Shown: in pieces, positions 26,001 to 38,000 of the stretch | How the letters are laid out: each line of letters starts with the position of its first letter | Position numbering within the stretch: the first letter of the stretch is position 1 | Assembly: GCF_009914755.1 (NCBI RefSeq) | Contig: NC_060947.1 | Reading direction: 5' to 3' (one strand) | Source of the DNA: the human T2T-CHM13v2.0 reference genome, Homo sapiens | Length of the DNA stretch: 64,000 nt | Position numbers and translations under genes: made by a program | Notes under the pieces: model-generated | Told to the model about the DNA's origin: nothing | What the model saw: only the letters and a program-made list of their open reading frames with translations | Databases searched by the model: none

Positions 26001-29000
26001 TCAACTCCATGAGTTGAATGCCATCCTCACAAAGTCGTTTCTGAGAATGCTTCTATCTAGTTTTTATGTGAAGATATTTCCTTTTCCACCACAGGCCTCA
26101 AAGCCCTCCAAACGTCCACTTGCAGATTCTCGAAAAAGAGTGTTTTATAGCTGCTCTTTCAAAAGGAAAGTTCAACTCTGGGAGTTGAATACAAACATCA
26201 CAAAGTAGTTTCCGAGAATGCTTCTGTTTAGTTTTTATGTGAAGATGATCCCGTTTCCAGTGAAATCTTCAAAGAGGTCCACATATCCCCTTGCAGATTC
26301 CAAAGAAAGAGGGTTTCAAAACTGCTCCATCAGAAGGATTGTTCAACTCTGTGAGTTGAATGCAGTCATCGCAGAAAACTTTCTGAGAATGCTTCTGTCT
26401 AGGTTTGATGTGAAGATATAGATGTTTCAAACGAAGGCTACAAAGTGGTCAAAATATACACTTGCAGATTCTACTACAAGGGTGTTGCAAACCTGAACTA
26501 TCAAAGGAAGGTTCAACTCTGTGAGTTGAATACAAACATCACAAAGAATGTTCTGAGTTTGCTTCCGTTCAGTTATGGGAAGTTGATCCCGTTTCCAACG
26601 AAATCCTCAGAGAGGTCCAAATATCCCCTTGCAGATTCTACAAAACGTGTGTTTGGAAACTGCTCCATCGTAACGAATGTTCAGCTCCCTGAGTTAAACT
26701 CCATCGTCACAAAGAATTTTCTGAGAGTGCTACCGTCTGGTTTTTATATGAAGTTCTTTCCTTCACTACCACAGGCCTCAAAGCGGTCCAAATCTCCACT
26801 TGCAGATTCTACAAAAAGAGTGTTTGCAAACTGCTCTATCAAAAGGAATGTTCAACTCTGGGAGTTGAATGCAATCATCACAGAGCAGTTTCTGAGAATG
26901 CTTCTATGTCGTTTTTAGGAGAAGATATTTCCTTTTCCAACACAGTCCTCCAAGCCCGCTAAATAGCCACTTGCACATTGTAGAAAAAGTGTGTCAAAGC
27001 TGCGCTATCAAAGGGAAAGTTCAACTCTGTGAGGTGAATGCAAACATCCCAAAGAAGTTTCTGAGAATGCTTCCGTTTAGCTTTTAGGTGAAGATTATCC
27101 CGTTTCCAACGAAACCTTCAAAGAGGTCCAAATATCCCCTTGCGGATCCCACAGAAAGAGTGTTTCGAAACTGCTGTTTCAAAAGGAATCTTCAACTCTG
27201 TGAGTTGAATGCAATCATCACAAAGAAGTTTCTGACAATGCTTCTCTCTCGTCTTTCTGTGAAGATAAAGGAAAAGGCTTTCAGGCCTTTTCCACCACAG
27301 GCCTGAAAGCGCTCCAAATGTCCACTTGCAGATTCTGCCAAAAGAATATTTCAAAACTGCTCTATGAAAAGCAATGTTAAACTCTGTGGCTGGAACACAA
27401 ACATCACAAAGCGGTTTCTGAGAATGTTTCAGTTTAGTTTTTCTGTGGAAATATTCCCGTTTCCAAAGAAATCTTCAAAGAGGTCCACGTATCCACTTAC
27501 AGATTCTACAAAAAGACAGTTTCAAAACTGCTCCATCAAAAGGAGGGTTCAACTGTGTGACTTGAATGCAATCATCACTCAGAAGTTTCTGAGAATGCTT
27601 CTCTTTAGTTTTTACGTGAACATATACCCGTTTCGAACGAAGGCCACCCAGTGGTCCAAATATCCACTTGCAGATTATACAGAAAGAGTGTTTCGAACCT
27701 GAACTCTCAAAGGCAGGTTCATCTCTGCGAGTTAAATGCATTCATCATGAAGAACTTTCTCAGAGTGTTTGCGTTTAGTTATGGGAAATTATTCCCGTTT
27801 CCAACGAAATCCTCAGAGAGCTCCAAATATCCACCTGCAGATTCTACCAAAAGTGTATTTGGAAACTGCTCCATCAAAAGGCATGTTCAGCTCTGTCAGT
27901 GAAACTCCATCATCACAAAGAATATTCTGAGAATGCTTCCGTTTGCCTTTTATATGAAGTTCCTTCCTGTACTACCGTAGGCCTCAAAGCAGTCCAAATC
28001 TCCATTTGCAGATTCTACAAAAAGAGTGATTCCAATCTGCTCTATCAATAGGATTGTTCAACTCCATGAGTTGAATGCCATCCTCACAAAGTCGTTTCTG
28101 AGAATGCTTCTATCTGGTTTTTGTGTGAAGATATTTCCTTTTCCACCACAGGCCTCAAAGCCCTCCAAACGTCCACTTGCAGATTCTCGAAAAAGAGTGT
28201 TTCATAGCTGCTCTTTCAAAAGGAAAGTTCAACTCTGGGAGTTGAATACAAACATCACAAAATAGTTTCCGAGAATGCTTCTGTTTAGTTTTTATGTGAA
28301 GATGATCCCGTTTCCAGTGAAATCTTCAAAGAGGTCCACATATCCCCTTGCAGATTCCAAAGAAAGAGGGTTTAAAAACTGCTCCATCAGAAGGATTGTT
28401 CAACTCTGTGAGTTGAATGCAGTCATCGCAGAAAACTTTCTGAGAATGCTTCTGTCTAGGTTTGATGTGAAGATATAGACGTTTCAAACGAAGGCTACAA
28501 AGTGGTCAAAATATACACTTGCAGATTCTACTACAAGGGTGTTGCAAACCTGAACTATCAAAGGAAGGTTCAACTCTGTGAATTGAATACAAACATCACA
28601 AAGAATGTTCTGAGTTTGCTTCCGTTCAGTTATGGGAAGTTGATCCCGTTTCCAACGAAATCCTCAGAGAGGTCCAAATATCCCCTCGCAGATTCTACAA
28701 AACGTGTGTTTGGAAACTGCTCCATCATAACGAATGTTCAGCTCCCTGAGTTAAACTCCATCGTCACAAAGAATTTTCTGAGAGTGCTACCGTCTGGTTT
28801 TTATATGAAGTTCTTTCCTTCACTACCACAGGCCTCAAAGCGGTCCAAATCTCCACTTGCAGATTCTACAAAAAGAGTGTTTGCAAACTGCTCTATCAAA
28901 AGGAATGTTCAACTCTGGGAGTTGAATGCAATCATCACAGAGCAGTTTCTGAGAATGCTTCTATGTCGTTTTTAGGAGAAGATATTTCCTTTTCCAACAC

Positions 29001-32000
29001 AGTCCTCCAAGCCCGCTAAATAGCCACTTGCACATTGTAGAAAAAGTGTGTCAAAGCTGCGCTATCAAAGGGAAAGTTCAACTCTGTGAGGTGAATGCAA
29101 ACATCCCAAAGAAGTTTCTGAGAATGCTTCCGTTTAGCTTTTAGGTGAAGATTATCCCGTTTCCAACGAAACCTTCAAAGAGGTCCAAATATCCCCTTGC
29201 GGATCCCACAGAAAGAGTGTTTCGAAACTGCTGTTTCAAAAGGAATCTTCAACTCTGTGAGTTGAATGCAATCATCACAAAGAAGTTTCTGACAATGCTT
29301 CTCTCTCGTCTTTCTGTGAAGATAAAGGAAAAGGCTTTCAGGCCTTTTCCACCACAGGCCTGAAAGCGCTCCAAATGTCCACTTGCAGATTCTGCCAAAA
29401 GAATATTTCAAAACTGCTCTATGAAAAGCAATGTTAAACTCTGTGGCTGGAACACAAACATCACAAAGCGGTTTCTGAGAATGTTTCAGTTTAGTTTTTC
29501 TGTGGAAATATTCCCGTTTCCAAAGAAATCTTCAAAGAGGTCCACGTATCCACTTACAGATTCTACAAAAAGACAGTTTCAAAACTGCTCCATCAAAAGG
29601 AGGGTTCAACTGTGTGACTTGAATGCAATCATCACTCAGAAGTTTCTGAGAATGCTTCTCTTTAGTTTTTACGTGAACATATACCCGTTTCGAACGAAGG
29701 CCACCCAGTGGTCCAAATATCCACTTGCAGATTCTACAGAAAGAGTGTTTCGAACCTGAACTCTCAAAGGCAGGTTCATCTCTGCGAGTTAAATGCATTC
29801 ATCATGAAGAACTTTCTCAGAGTGTTTGTGTTTAGTTATGGGAAATTATTCCCGTTTCCAACGAAATCCTCAGAGAGCTCCAAATATCCACCTGCAGATT
29901 CTACCAAAAGTGTATTTGGAAACTGCTCCATCAAAAGGCATGTTCAGCTCTGTCAGTGAAGCTCCATCATCACAAAGAATATTCTGAGAATGCTTCCGTT
30001 TGCCTTTTATATGAAGTTCCTTCCTGTACTACCGTAGGCCTCAAAGCAGTCCAAATCTCCATTTGCAGATTCTACAAAAAGAGTGATTCCAATCTGCTCT
30101 ATCAATAGGATTGTTCAACTCCATGAGTTGAATGCCATCCTCACAAAGTCGTTTCTGAGAATGCTTCTATCTAGTTTTTATGTGAAGATATTTCCTTTTC
30201 CACCACAGGCCTCAAAGCCCTCCAAACGTCCACTTGCAGATTCTCGAAAAAGAGTGTTTTATAGCTGCTCTTTCAAAAGGAAAGTTCAACTCTGGGAGTT
30301 GAATACAAACATCACAAAGTAGTTTCCGAGAATGCTTCTGTTTAGTTTTTATGTGAAGATGATCCCGTTTCCAGTGAAATCTTCAAAGAGGTCCACATAT
30401 CCCCTTGCAGATTCCAAAGAAAGAGGGTTTCAAAACTGCTCCATCAGAAGGATTGTTCAACTCTGTGAGTTGAATGCAGTCATCGCAGAAAACTTTCTGA
30501 GAATGCTTCTGTCTAGGTTTGATGTGAAGATATAGATGTTTCAAACGAAGGCTACAAAGTGGTCAAAATATACACTTGCAGATTCTACTACAAGGGTGTT
30601 GCAAACCTGAACTATCAAAGGAAGGTTCAACTCTGTGAGTTGAATACAAACATCACAAAGAATGTTCTGAGTTTGCTTCCGTTCAGTTATGGGAAGTTGA
30701 TCCCGTTTCCAACGAAATCCTCAGAGAGGTCCAAATATCCCCTTGCAGATTCTACAAAACGTGTGTTTGGAAACTGCTCCATCGTAACGAATGTTCAGCT
30801 CCCTGAGTTAAACTCCATCGTCACAAAGAATTTTCTGAGAGTGCTACCGTCTGGTTTTTATATGAAGTTCTTTCCTTCACTACCACAGGCCTCAAAGCGG
30901 TCCAAATCTCCACTTGCAGATTCTACAAAAAGAGTGTTTGCAAACTGCTCTATCAAAAGGAATGTTCAACTCTGGGAGTTGAATGCAATCATCACAGAGC
31001 AGTTTCTGAGAATGCTTCTATGTCGTTTTTAGGAGAAGATATTTCCTTTTCCAACACAGTCCTCCAAGCCCGCTAAATAGCCACTTGCACATTGTAGAAA
31101 AAGTGTGTCAAAGCTGCGCTATCAAAGGGAAAGTTCAACTCTGTGAGGTGAATGCAAACATCCCAAAGAAGTTTCTGAGAATGCTTCCGTTTAGCTTTTA
31201 GGTGAAGATTATCCCGTTTCCAACGAAACCTTCAAAGAGGTCCAAATATCCCCTTGCGGATCCCACAGAAAGAGTGTTTCGAAACTGCTGTTTCAAAAGG
31301 AATCTTCAACTCTGTGAGTTGAATGCAATCATCACAAAGAAGTTTCTGACAATGCTTCTCTCTCGTCTTTCTGTGAAGATAAAGGAAAAGGCTTTCAGGC
31401 CTTTGCCACCACAGGCCTGAAAGCGCTCCAAATGTCCACTTGCAGATTCTGCCAAAAGAATATTTCAAAACTGCTCTATGAAAAGCAATGTTAAACTCTG
31501 CGGCTCGAACACAAACATCACAAAGCGGTTTCTGAGAATGCTTCAGTTTAGTTTTTCTGTGGAAATATTCCCGTTTCCAAAGAAATCTTCAAAGAGGTCC
31601 ACGTATCCACTTACAGATTCTACAAAAAGACAGTTTCAAAACTGCTCCATCAAAAGGAGGGTTCAACTGTGTGACTTGAATGCAATCATCACTCAGAAGT
31701 TTCTGAGAATGCTTCTCTTTAGTTTTTACGTGAACATATACCCGTTTCGAACGAAGGCCACCCAGTGGTCCAAATATCCACTTGCAGATTCTACAGAAAG
31801 AGTGTTTCGAACCTGAACTCTCAAAGGCAGGTTCATCTCTGCGAGTTAAATGCATTCATCATGAAGAACTTTCTCAGAGTGTTTGTGCTTAGTTATGGGA
31901 AATTATTCCCGTTTCCAACGAAATCCTCAGAGTGGTCCAAATATCCACCTGCAGATTCTACCAAAAGTGTATTTGGAAACTGCTCCATCAAAAGGCATGT

Positions 32001-35000
32001 TCAGCTCTGTGAGTGAAACTCCATCATCACAAAGAATATTCTGAGAATGCTTCCGTTTGCCTTTTATCTGAAGTTCCTTCCTATACGACCGTAGGCCTCA
32101 AAGCAGTCCAAATCTCCATTTGCAGATTCTACAAAAAGAGTGATTCCAATCTGCTCTATCAATAGGATTGTTCAACTCCATGAGTTGAATGCCATCCTCA
32201 CAAAGTCGTTTCTGAGAATGCTTCTATCTAGTTTTTATGTGAAGATATTTCCTTTTCCACCACAGGCCTCAAAGCCCTCCAAACGTCCACTTGCAGATTC
32301 TCGAAAAAGAGTGTTTTATAGCTGCTCTTTCAAAAGGAAAGTTCAACTCTGGGAGTTGAATACAAACATCACAAAGTAGTTTCCGAGAATGCTTCTGTTT
32401 AGTTTTTATGTGAAGATGATCCCGTTTCCAGTGAAATCTTCAAAGAGGTCCACATATCCCCTTGCAGATTCCAAAGAAAGAGGGTTTCAAAACTGCTCCA
32501 TCAGAAGGATTGTTCAACTCTGTGAGTTGAATGCAGTCATCGCAGAAAACTTTCTGAGAATGCTTCTGTCTAGGTTTGATGTGAAGATATAGATGTTTCA
32601 AACGAAGGCTACAAAGTGGTCAAAATATACACTTGCAGATTCTACTACAAGGGTGTTGCAAACCTGAACTATCAAAGGAAGGTTCAACTCTGTGAGTTGA
32701 ATACAAACATCACAAAGAATGTTCTGAGTTTGCTTCCGTTCAGTTATGGGAAGTTGATCCCGTTTCCAACGAAATCCTCAGAGAGGTCCAAATATCCCCT
32801 TGCAGATTCTACAAAACGTGTGTTTGGAAACTGCTCCATCATAACGAATGTTCAGCTCCCTGAGTTAAACTCCATCGTCACAAAGAATTTTCTGAGAGTG
32901 CTACCGTCTGGTTTTTATATGAAGTTCTTTCCTTCACTACCACAGGCCTCAAAGCGGTCCAAATCTCCACTTGCAGATTCTACAAAAAGAGTGTTTGCAA
33001 ACTGCTCTATCAAAAGGAATGTTCAACTCTGGGAGTTGAATGCAATCATCACAGAGCAGTTTCTGAGAATGCTTCTATGTCGTTTTTAGGAGAAGATATT
33101 TCCTTTTCCAACACAGTCCTCCAAGCCCGCTAAATAGCCACTTGCACATTGTAGAAAAAGTGTGTCAAAGCTGCGCTATCAAAGGGAAAGTTCAACTCTG
33201 TGAGGTGAATGCAAACATCCCAAAGAAGTTTCTGAGAATGCTTCCGTTTAGCTTTTAGGTGAGGATTATCCCGTTTCCAACGAAACCTTCAAAGAGGTCC
33301 AAATATCCCCTTGCGGATCCCACAGAAAGAGTGTTTCGAAACTGCTGTTTCAAAAGGAATCTTCAACTCTGTGAGTTGAATGCAATCATCACAAAGAAGT
33401 TTCTGACAATGCTTCTCTCTCGTCTTTCTGTGAAGATAAAGGAAAAGGCTTTCAGGCCTTTTCCACCACAGGCCTGAAAGCGCTCCAAATGTCCACTTGC
33501 AGATTCTGCGAAAAGAATATTTCAAAACTGCTCTATGAAAAGCAATGTTAAACTCTGTGGCTCGAACACAAACATCACAAAGCGGTTTCTGAGAATGCTT
33601 CAGTTTAGTTTTTCTGTGGAAATATTCCCGTTTCCAAAGAAATCTTCAAAGAGGTCCACGTATCCACTTACAGATTCTACAAAAAGACAGTTTCAAAACT
33701 GCTCCATCAAAAGGAGGGTTCAACTGTGTGACTTGAATGCAATCATCACTCAGAAGTTTCTGAGAATGCTTCTCTTTAGTTTTTACGTGAACATATACCC
33801 GTTTCGAACGAAGGCCACCCAGTGGTCCAAATACCCACTTGCAGATTCTACAGAAAGAGTGTTTCGAACCTGAACTCTCAAAGGCAGGTTCATCTCTGCG
33901 AGTTAAATGCATTCATCATGAAGAACTTTCTCAGAGTGTTTGTGTTTAGTTATGGGAAATTATTCCCGTTTCCAAAGAAATCCTCAGAGAGCTCCAAATA
34001 TCCACCTGCAGATTCTACCAAAAGTGTATTTGGAAACTGCTCCATCAAAAGGCATGTTCAGCTCTGTGAGTGAAACTCCATCATCACAAAGAATATTCTG
34101 AGAATGCTTCCGTTTGTCTTTTATATGAAGTTCCTTCCTGTACTACCGTAGGCCTCAAAGCAGTCCAAATCTCCATTTGCAGATTCTACAAAAAGAGTGA
34201 TTCCAATCTGCTCTATCAATAGGATTGTTCAACTCCATGAGTTGAATGCCATCCTCACAAAGTAGTTTCTGAGAATGCTTCTATCTGGTTTTTGTGTGAA
34301 GATATTTCCTTTTCCACCACAGGCCTCAAAGCCCTCCAAACGTCCACTTGCAGATTCTCGAAAAAGAGTGTTTCATAGCTGCTCTTTCAAAAGGAAAGTT
34401 CAACTCTGGGAGTTGAATACAAACATCACAAAATAGTTTCCGAGAATGCTTCAGTTTAGTTTTTATGTGAAGATGATCCCGTTTCCAGTGAAATCTTCAA
34501 AGAGGTCCACATATCCCCTTGCAGATTCCAAAGAAAGAGGGTTTCAAAACTGCTCCATCAGAAGGATTGTTCAACTCTGTGAGTTGAATGCAGTCATCGC
34601 AGAAAACTTTCTGAGAATGCTTCTGTCTAGGTTTGATGTGAAGATATAGACGTTTCAAACGAAGGCTACAAAGTGGTCAAAATATACACTTGCAGATTCT
34701 ACTACAAGGGTGTTGCAAACCTGAACTATCAAAGGAAGGTTCAACTCTGTGAGTTGAATACAAACATCACAAAGAATGTTCTGAGTTTGCTTCCGTTCAG
34801 TTATGGGAAGTTGATCCCGTTTCCAACGAAATCCTCAGAGAGGTCCAAATATCCCCTCGCAGATTCTACAAAACATGTGTTTGGAAACTGCTCCATCATA
34901 ACGAATGTTCAGCTCCCTGAGTTAAACTCCATCGTCACAAAGAATTTTCTGAGAGTGCTACCGTCTGGTTTTTATATGAAGTTCTTTCCTTCACTACCAC

Positions 35001-38000
35001 AGGCCTCAAAGCGGTCCAAATCTCCACTTGCAGATTCTACAAAAAGAGTGTTTGCAAACTGCTCTATCAAAAGGAATGTTCAACTCTGGGAGTTGAATGC
35101 AATCATCACAGAGCAGTTTCTGAGAATGCTTCTATGTCGTTTTTAGGAGAAGATATTTCCTTTTCCAACGCAGTCCTCCAAGCCCGCTAAATAGCCACTT
35201 GCACATTGTAGAAAAAGTGTGTCAAAGCTGCGCTATCAAAGGGAAAGTTCAACTCTGTGAGGTGAATGCAAACATCCCAAAGAAGTTTCTGAGAATGCTT
35301 CCGTTTAGCTTTTAGGTGAAGATTATCCCGTTTCCAACGAAACCTTCAAAGAGGTCCAAATATCCCCTTGCGGATCCCACAGAAAGAGTGTTTCGAAACT
35401 GCTGTTTCAAAAGGAATCTTCAACTCTGTGAGTTGAATGCAATCATCACAAAGAAGTTTCTGACAATGCTTCTCTCTCGTCTTTCTGTGAAGATAAAGGA
35501 AAAGGCTTTCAGGCCTTTTCCACCACAGGCCTGAAAGCGCTCCAAATGTCCACTTGCAGATTCTGCCAAAAGAATATTTCAAAACTGCTCTATGAAAAGC
35601 AATGTTAAACTCTGTGGCTGGAACACAAACATCACAAAGCGGTTTCTGAGAATGTTTCAGTTTAGTTTTTCTGTGGAAATATTCCCGTTTCCAAAGAAAT
35701 CTTCAAAGAGGTCCACGTATCCACTTACAGATTCTACAAAAAGACAGTTTCAAAACTGCTCCATCAAAAGGAGGGTTCAACTGTGTGACTTGAATGCAAT
35801 CATCACTCAGAAGTTTCTGAGAATGCTTCTCTTTAGTTTTTACGTGAACATATACCCGTTTCGAACGAAGGCCACCCAGTGGTCCAAATATCCACTTGCA
35901 GATTATACAGAAAGAGTGTTTCGAACCTGAACTCTCAAAGGCAGGTTCATCTCTGCGAGTTAAATGCATTCATCATGAAGAACTTTCTCAGAGTGTTTGC
36001 GTTTAGTTATGGGAAATTATTCCCGTTTCCAACGAAATCCTCAGAGAGCTCCAAATATCCACCTGCAGATTCTACCAAAAGTGTATTTGGAAACTGCTCC
36101 ATCAAAAGGCATGTTCAGCTCTGTCAGTGAAACTCCATCATCACAAAGAATATTCTGAGAATGCTTCCGTTTGCCTTTTATATGAAGTTCCTTCCTGTAC
36201 TACCGTAGGCCTCAAAGCAGTCCAAATCTCCATTTGCAGATTCTACAAAAAGAGTGATTCCAATCTGCTCTATCAATAGGATTGTTCAACTCCATGAGTT
36301 GAATGCCATCCTCACAAAGTCGTTTCTGAGAATGCTTCTATCTGGTTTTTGTGTGAAGATATTTCCTTTTCCACCACAGGCCTCAAAGCCCTCCAAACGT
36401 CCACTTGCAGATTCTCGAAAAAGAGTGTTTCATAGCTGCTCTTTCAAAAGGAAAGTTCAACTCTGGGAGTTGAATACAAACATCACAAAATAGTTTCCGA
36501 GAATGCTTCTGTTTAGTTTTTATGTGAAGATGATCCCGTTTCCAGTGAAATCTTCAAAGAGGTCCACATATCCCCTTGCAGATTCCAAAGAAAGAGGGTT
36601 TAAAAACTGCTCCATCAGAAGGATTGTTCAACTCTGTGAGTTGAATGCAGTCATCGCAGAAAACTTTCTGAGAATGCTTCTGTCTAGGTTTGATGTGAAG
36701 ATATAGACGTTTCAAACGAAGGCTACAAAGTGGTCAAAATATACACTTGCAGATTCTACTACAAGGGTGTTGCAAACCTGAACTATCAAAGGAAGGTTCA
36801 ACTCTGTGAATTGAATACAAACATCACAAAGAATGTTCTGAGTTTGCTTCCGTTCAGTTATGGGAAGTTGATCCCGTTTCCAACGAAATCCTCAGAGAGG
36901 TCCAAATATCCCCTCGCAGATTCTACAAAACGTGTGTTTGGAAACTGCTCCATCATAACGAATGTTCAGCTCCCTGAGTTAAACTCCATCGTCACAAAGA
37001 ATTTTCTGAGAGTGCTACCGTCTGGTTTTTATATGAAGTTCTTTCCTTCACTACCACAGGCCTCAAAGCGGTCCAAATCTCCACTTGCAGATTCTACAAA
37101 AAGAGTGTTTGCAAACTGCTCTATCAAAAGGAATGTTCAACTCTGGGAGTTGAATGCAATCATCACAGAGCAGTTTCTGAGAATGCTTCTATGTCGTTTT
37201 TAGGAGAAGATATTTCCTTTTCCAACACAGTCCTCCAAGCCCGCTAAATAGCCACTTGCACATTGTAGAAAAAGTGTGTCAAAGCTGCGCTATCAAAGGG
37301 AAAGTTCAACTCTGTGAGGTGAATGCAAACATCCCGAAGAAGTTTCTGAGAATGCTTCCGTTTAGCTTTTAGGTGAAGATTATCCCGTTTCCAACGAAAC
37401 CTTCAAAGAGGTCCAAATATCCCCTTGCGGATCCCACAGAAAGAGTGTTTCGAAACTGCTGTTTCAAAAGGAATCTTCAACTCTGTGAGTTGAATGCAAT
37501 CATCACAAAGAAGTTTCTGACAATGCTTCTCTCTCGTCTTTCTGTGAAGATAAAGGAAAAGGCTTTCAGGCCTTTTCCACCACAGGCCTGAAAGCGCTCC
37601 AAATGTCCACTTGCAGATTCTGCCAAAAGAATATTTCAAAACTGCTCTATGAAAAGCAATGTTAAACTCTGTGGCTGGAACACAAACATCACAAAGCGGT
37701 TTCTGAGAATGTTTCAGTTTAGTTTTTCTGTGGAAATATTCCCGTTTCCAAAGAAATCTTCAAAGAGGTCCACGTATCCACTTACAGATTCTACAAAAAG
37801 ACAGTTTCAAAACTGCTCCATCAAAAGGAGGGTTCAACTGTGTGACTTGAATGCAATCATCACTCAGAAGTTTCTGAGAATGCTTCTCTTTAGTTTTTAC
37901 GTGAACATATACCCGTTTCGAACGAAGGCCACCCAGTGGTCCAAATATCCACTTGCAGATTATACAGAAAGAGTGTTTCGAACCTGAACTCTCAAAGGCA

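Noticed and set aside
34870-34880. Shared aaaacAtgtg variant in U17 and U29 as evidence of a duplication
   Set aside because: It is a single CpG transition that can recur independently, and the flanking variants do not match.
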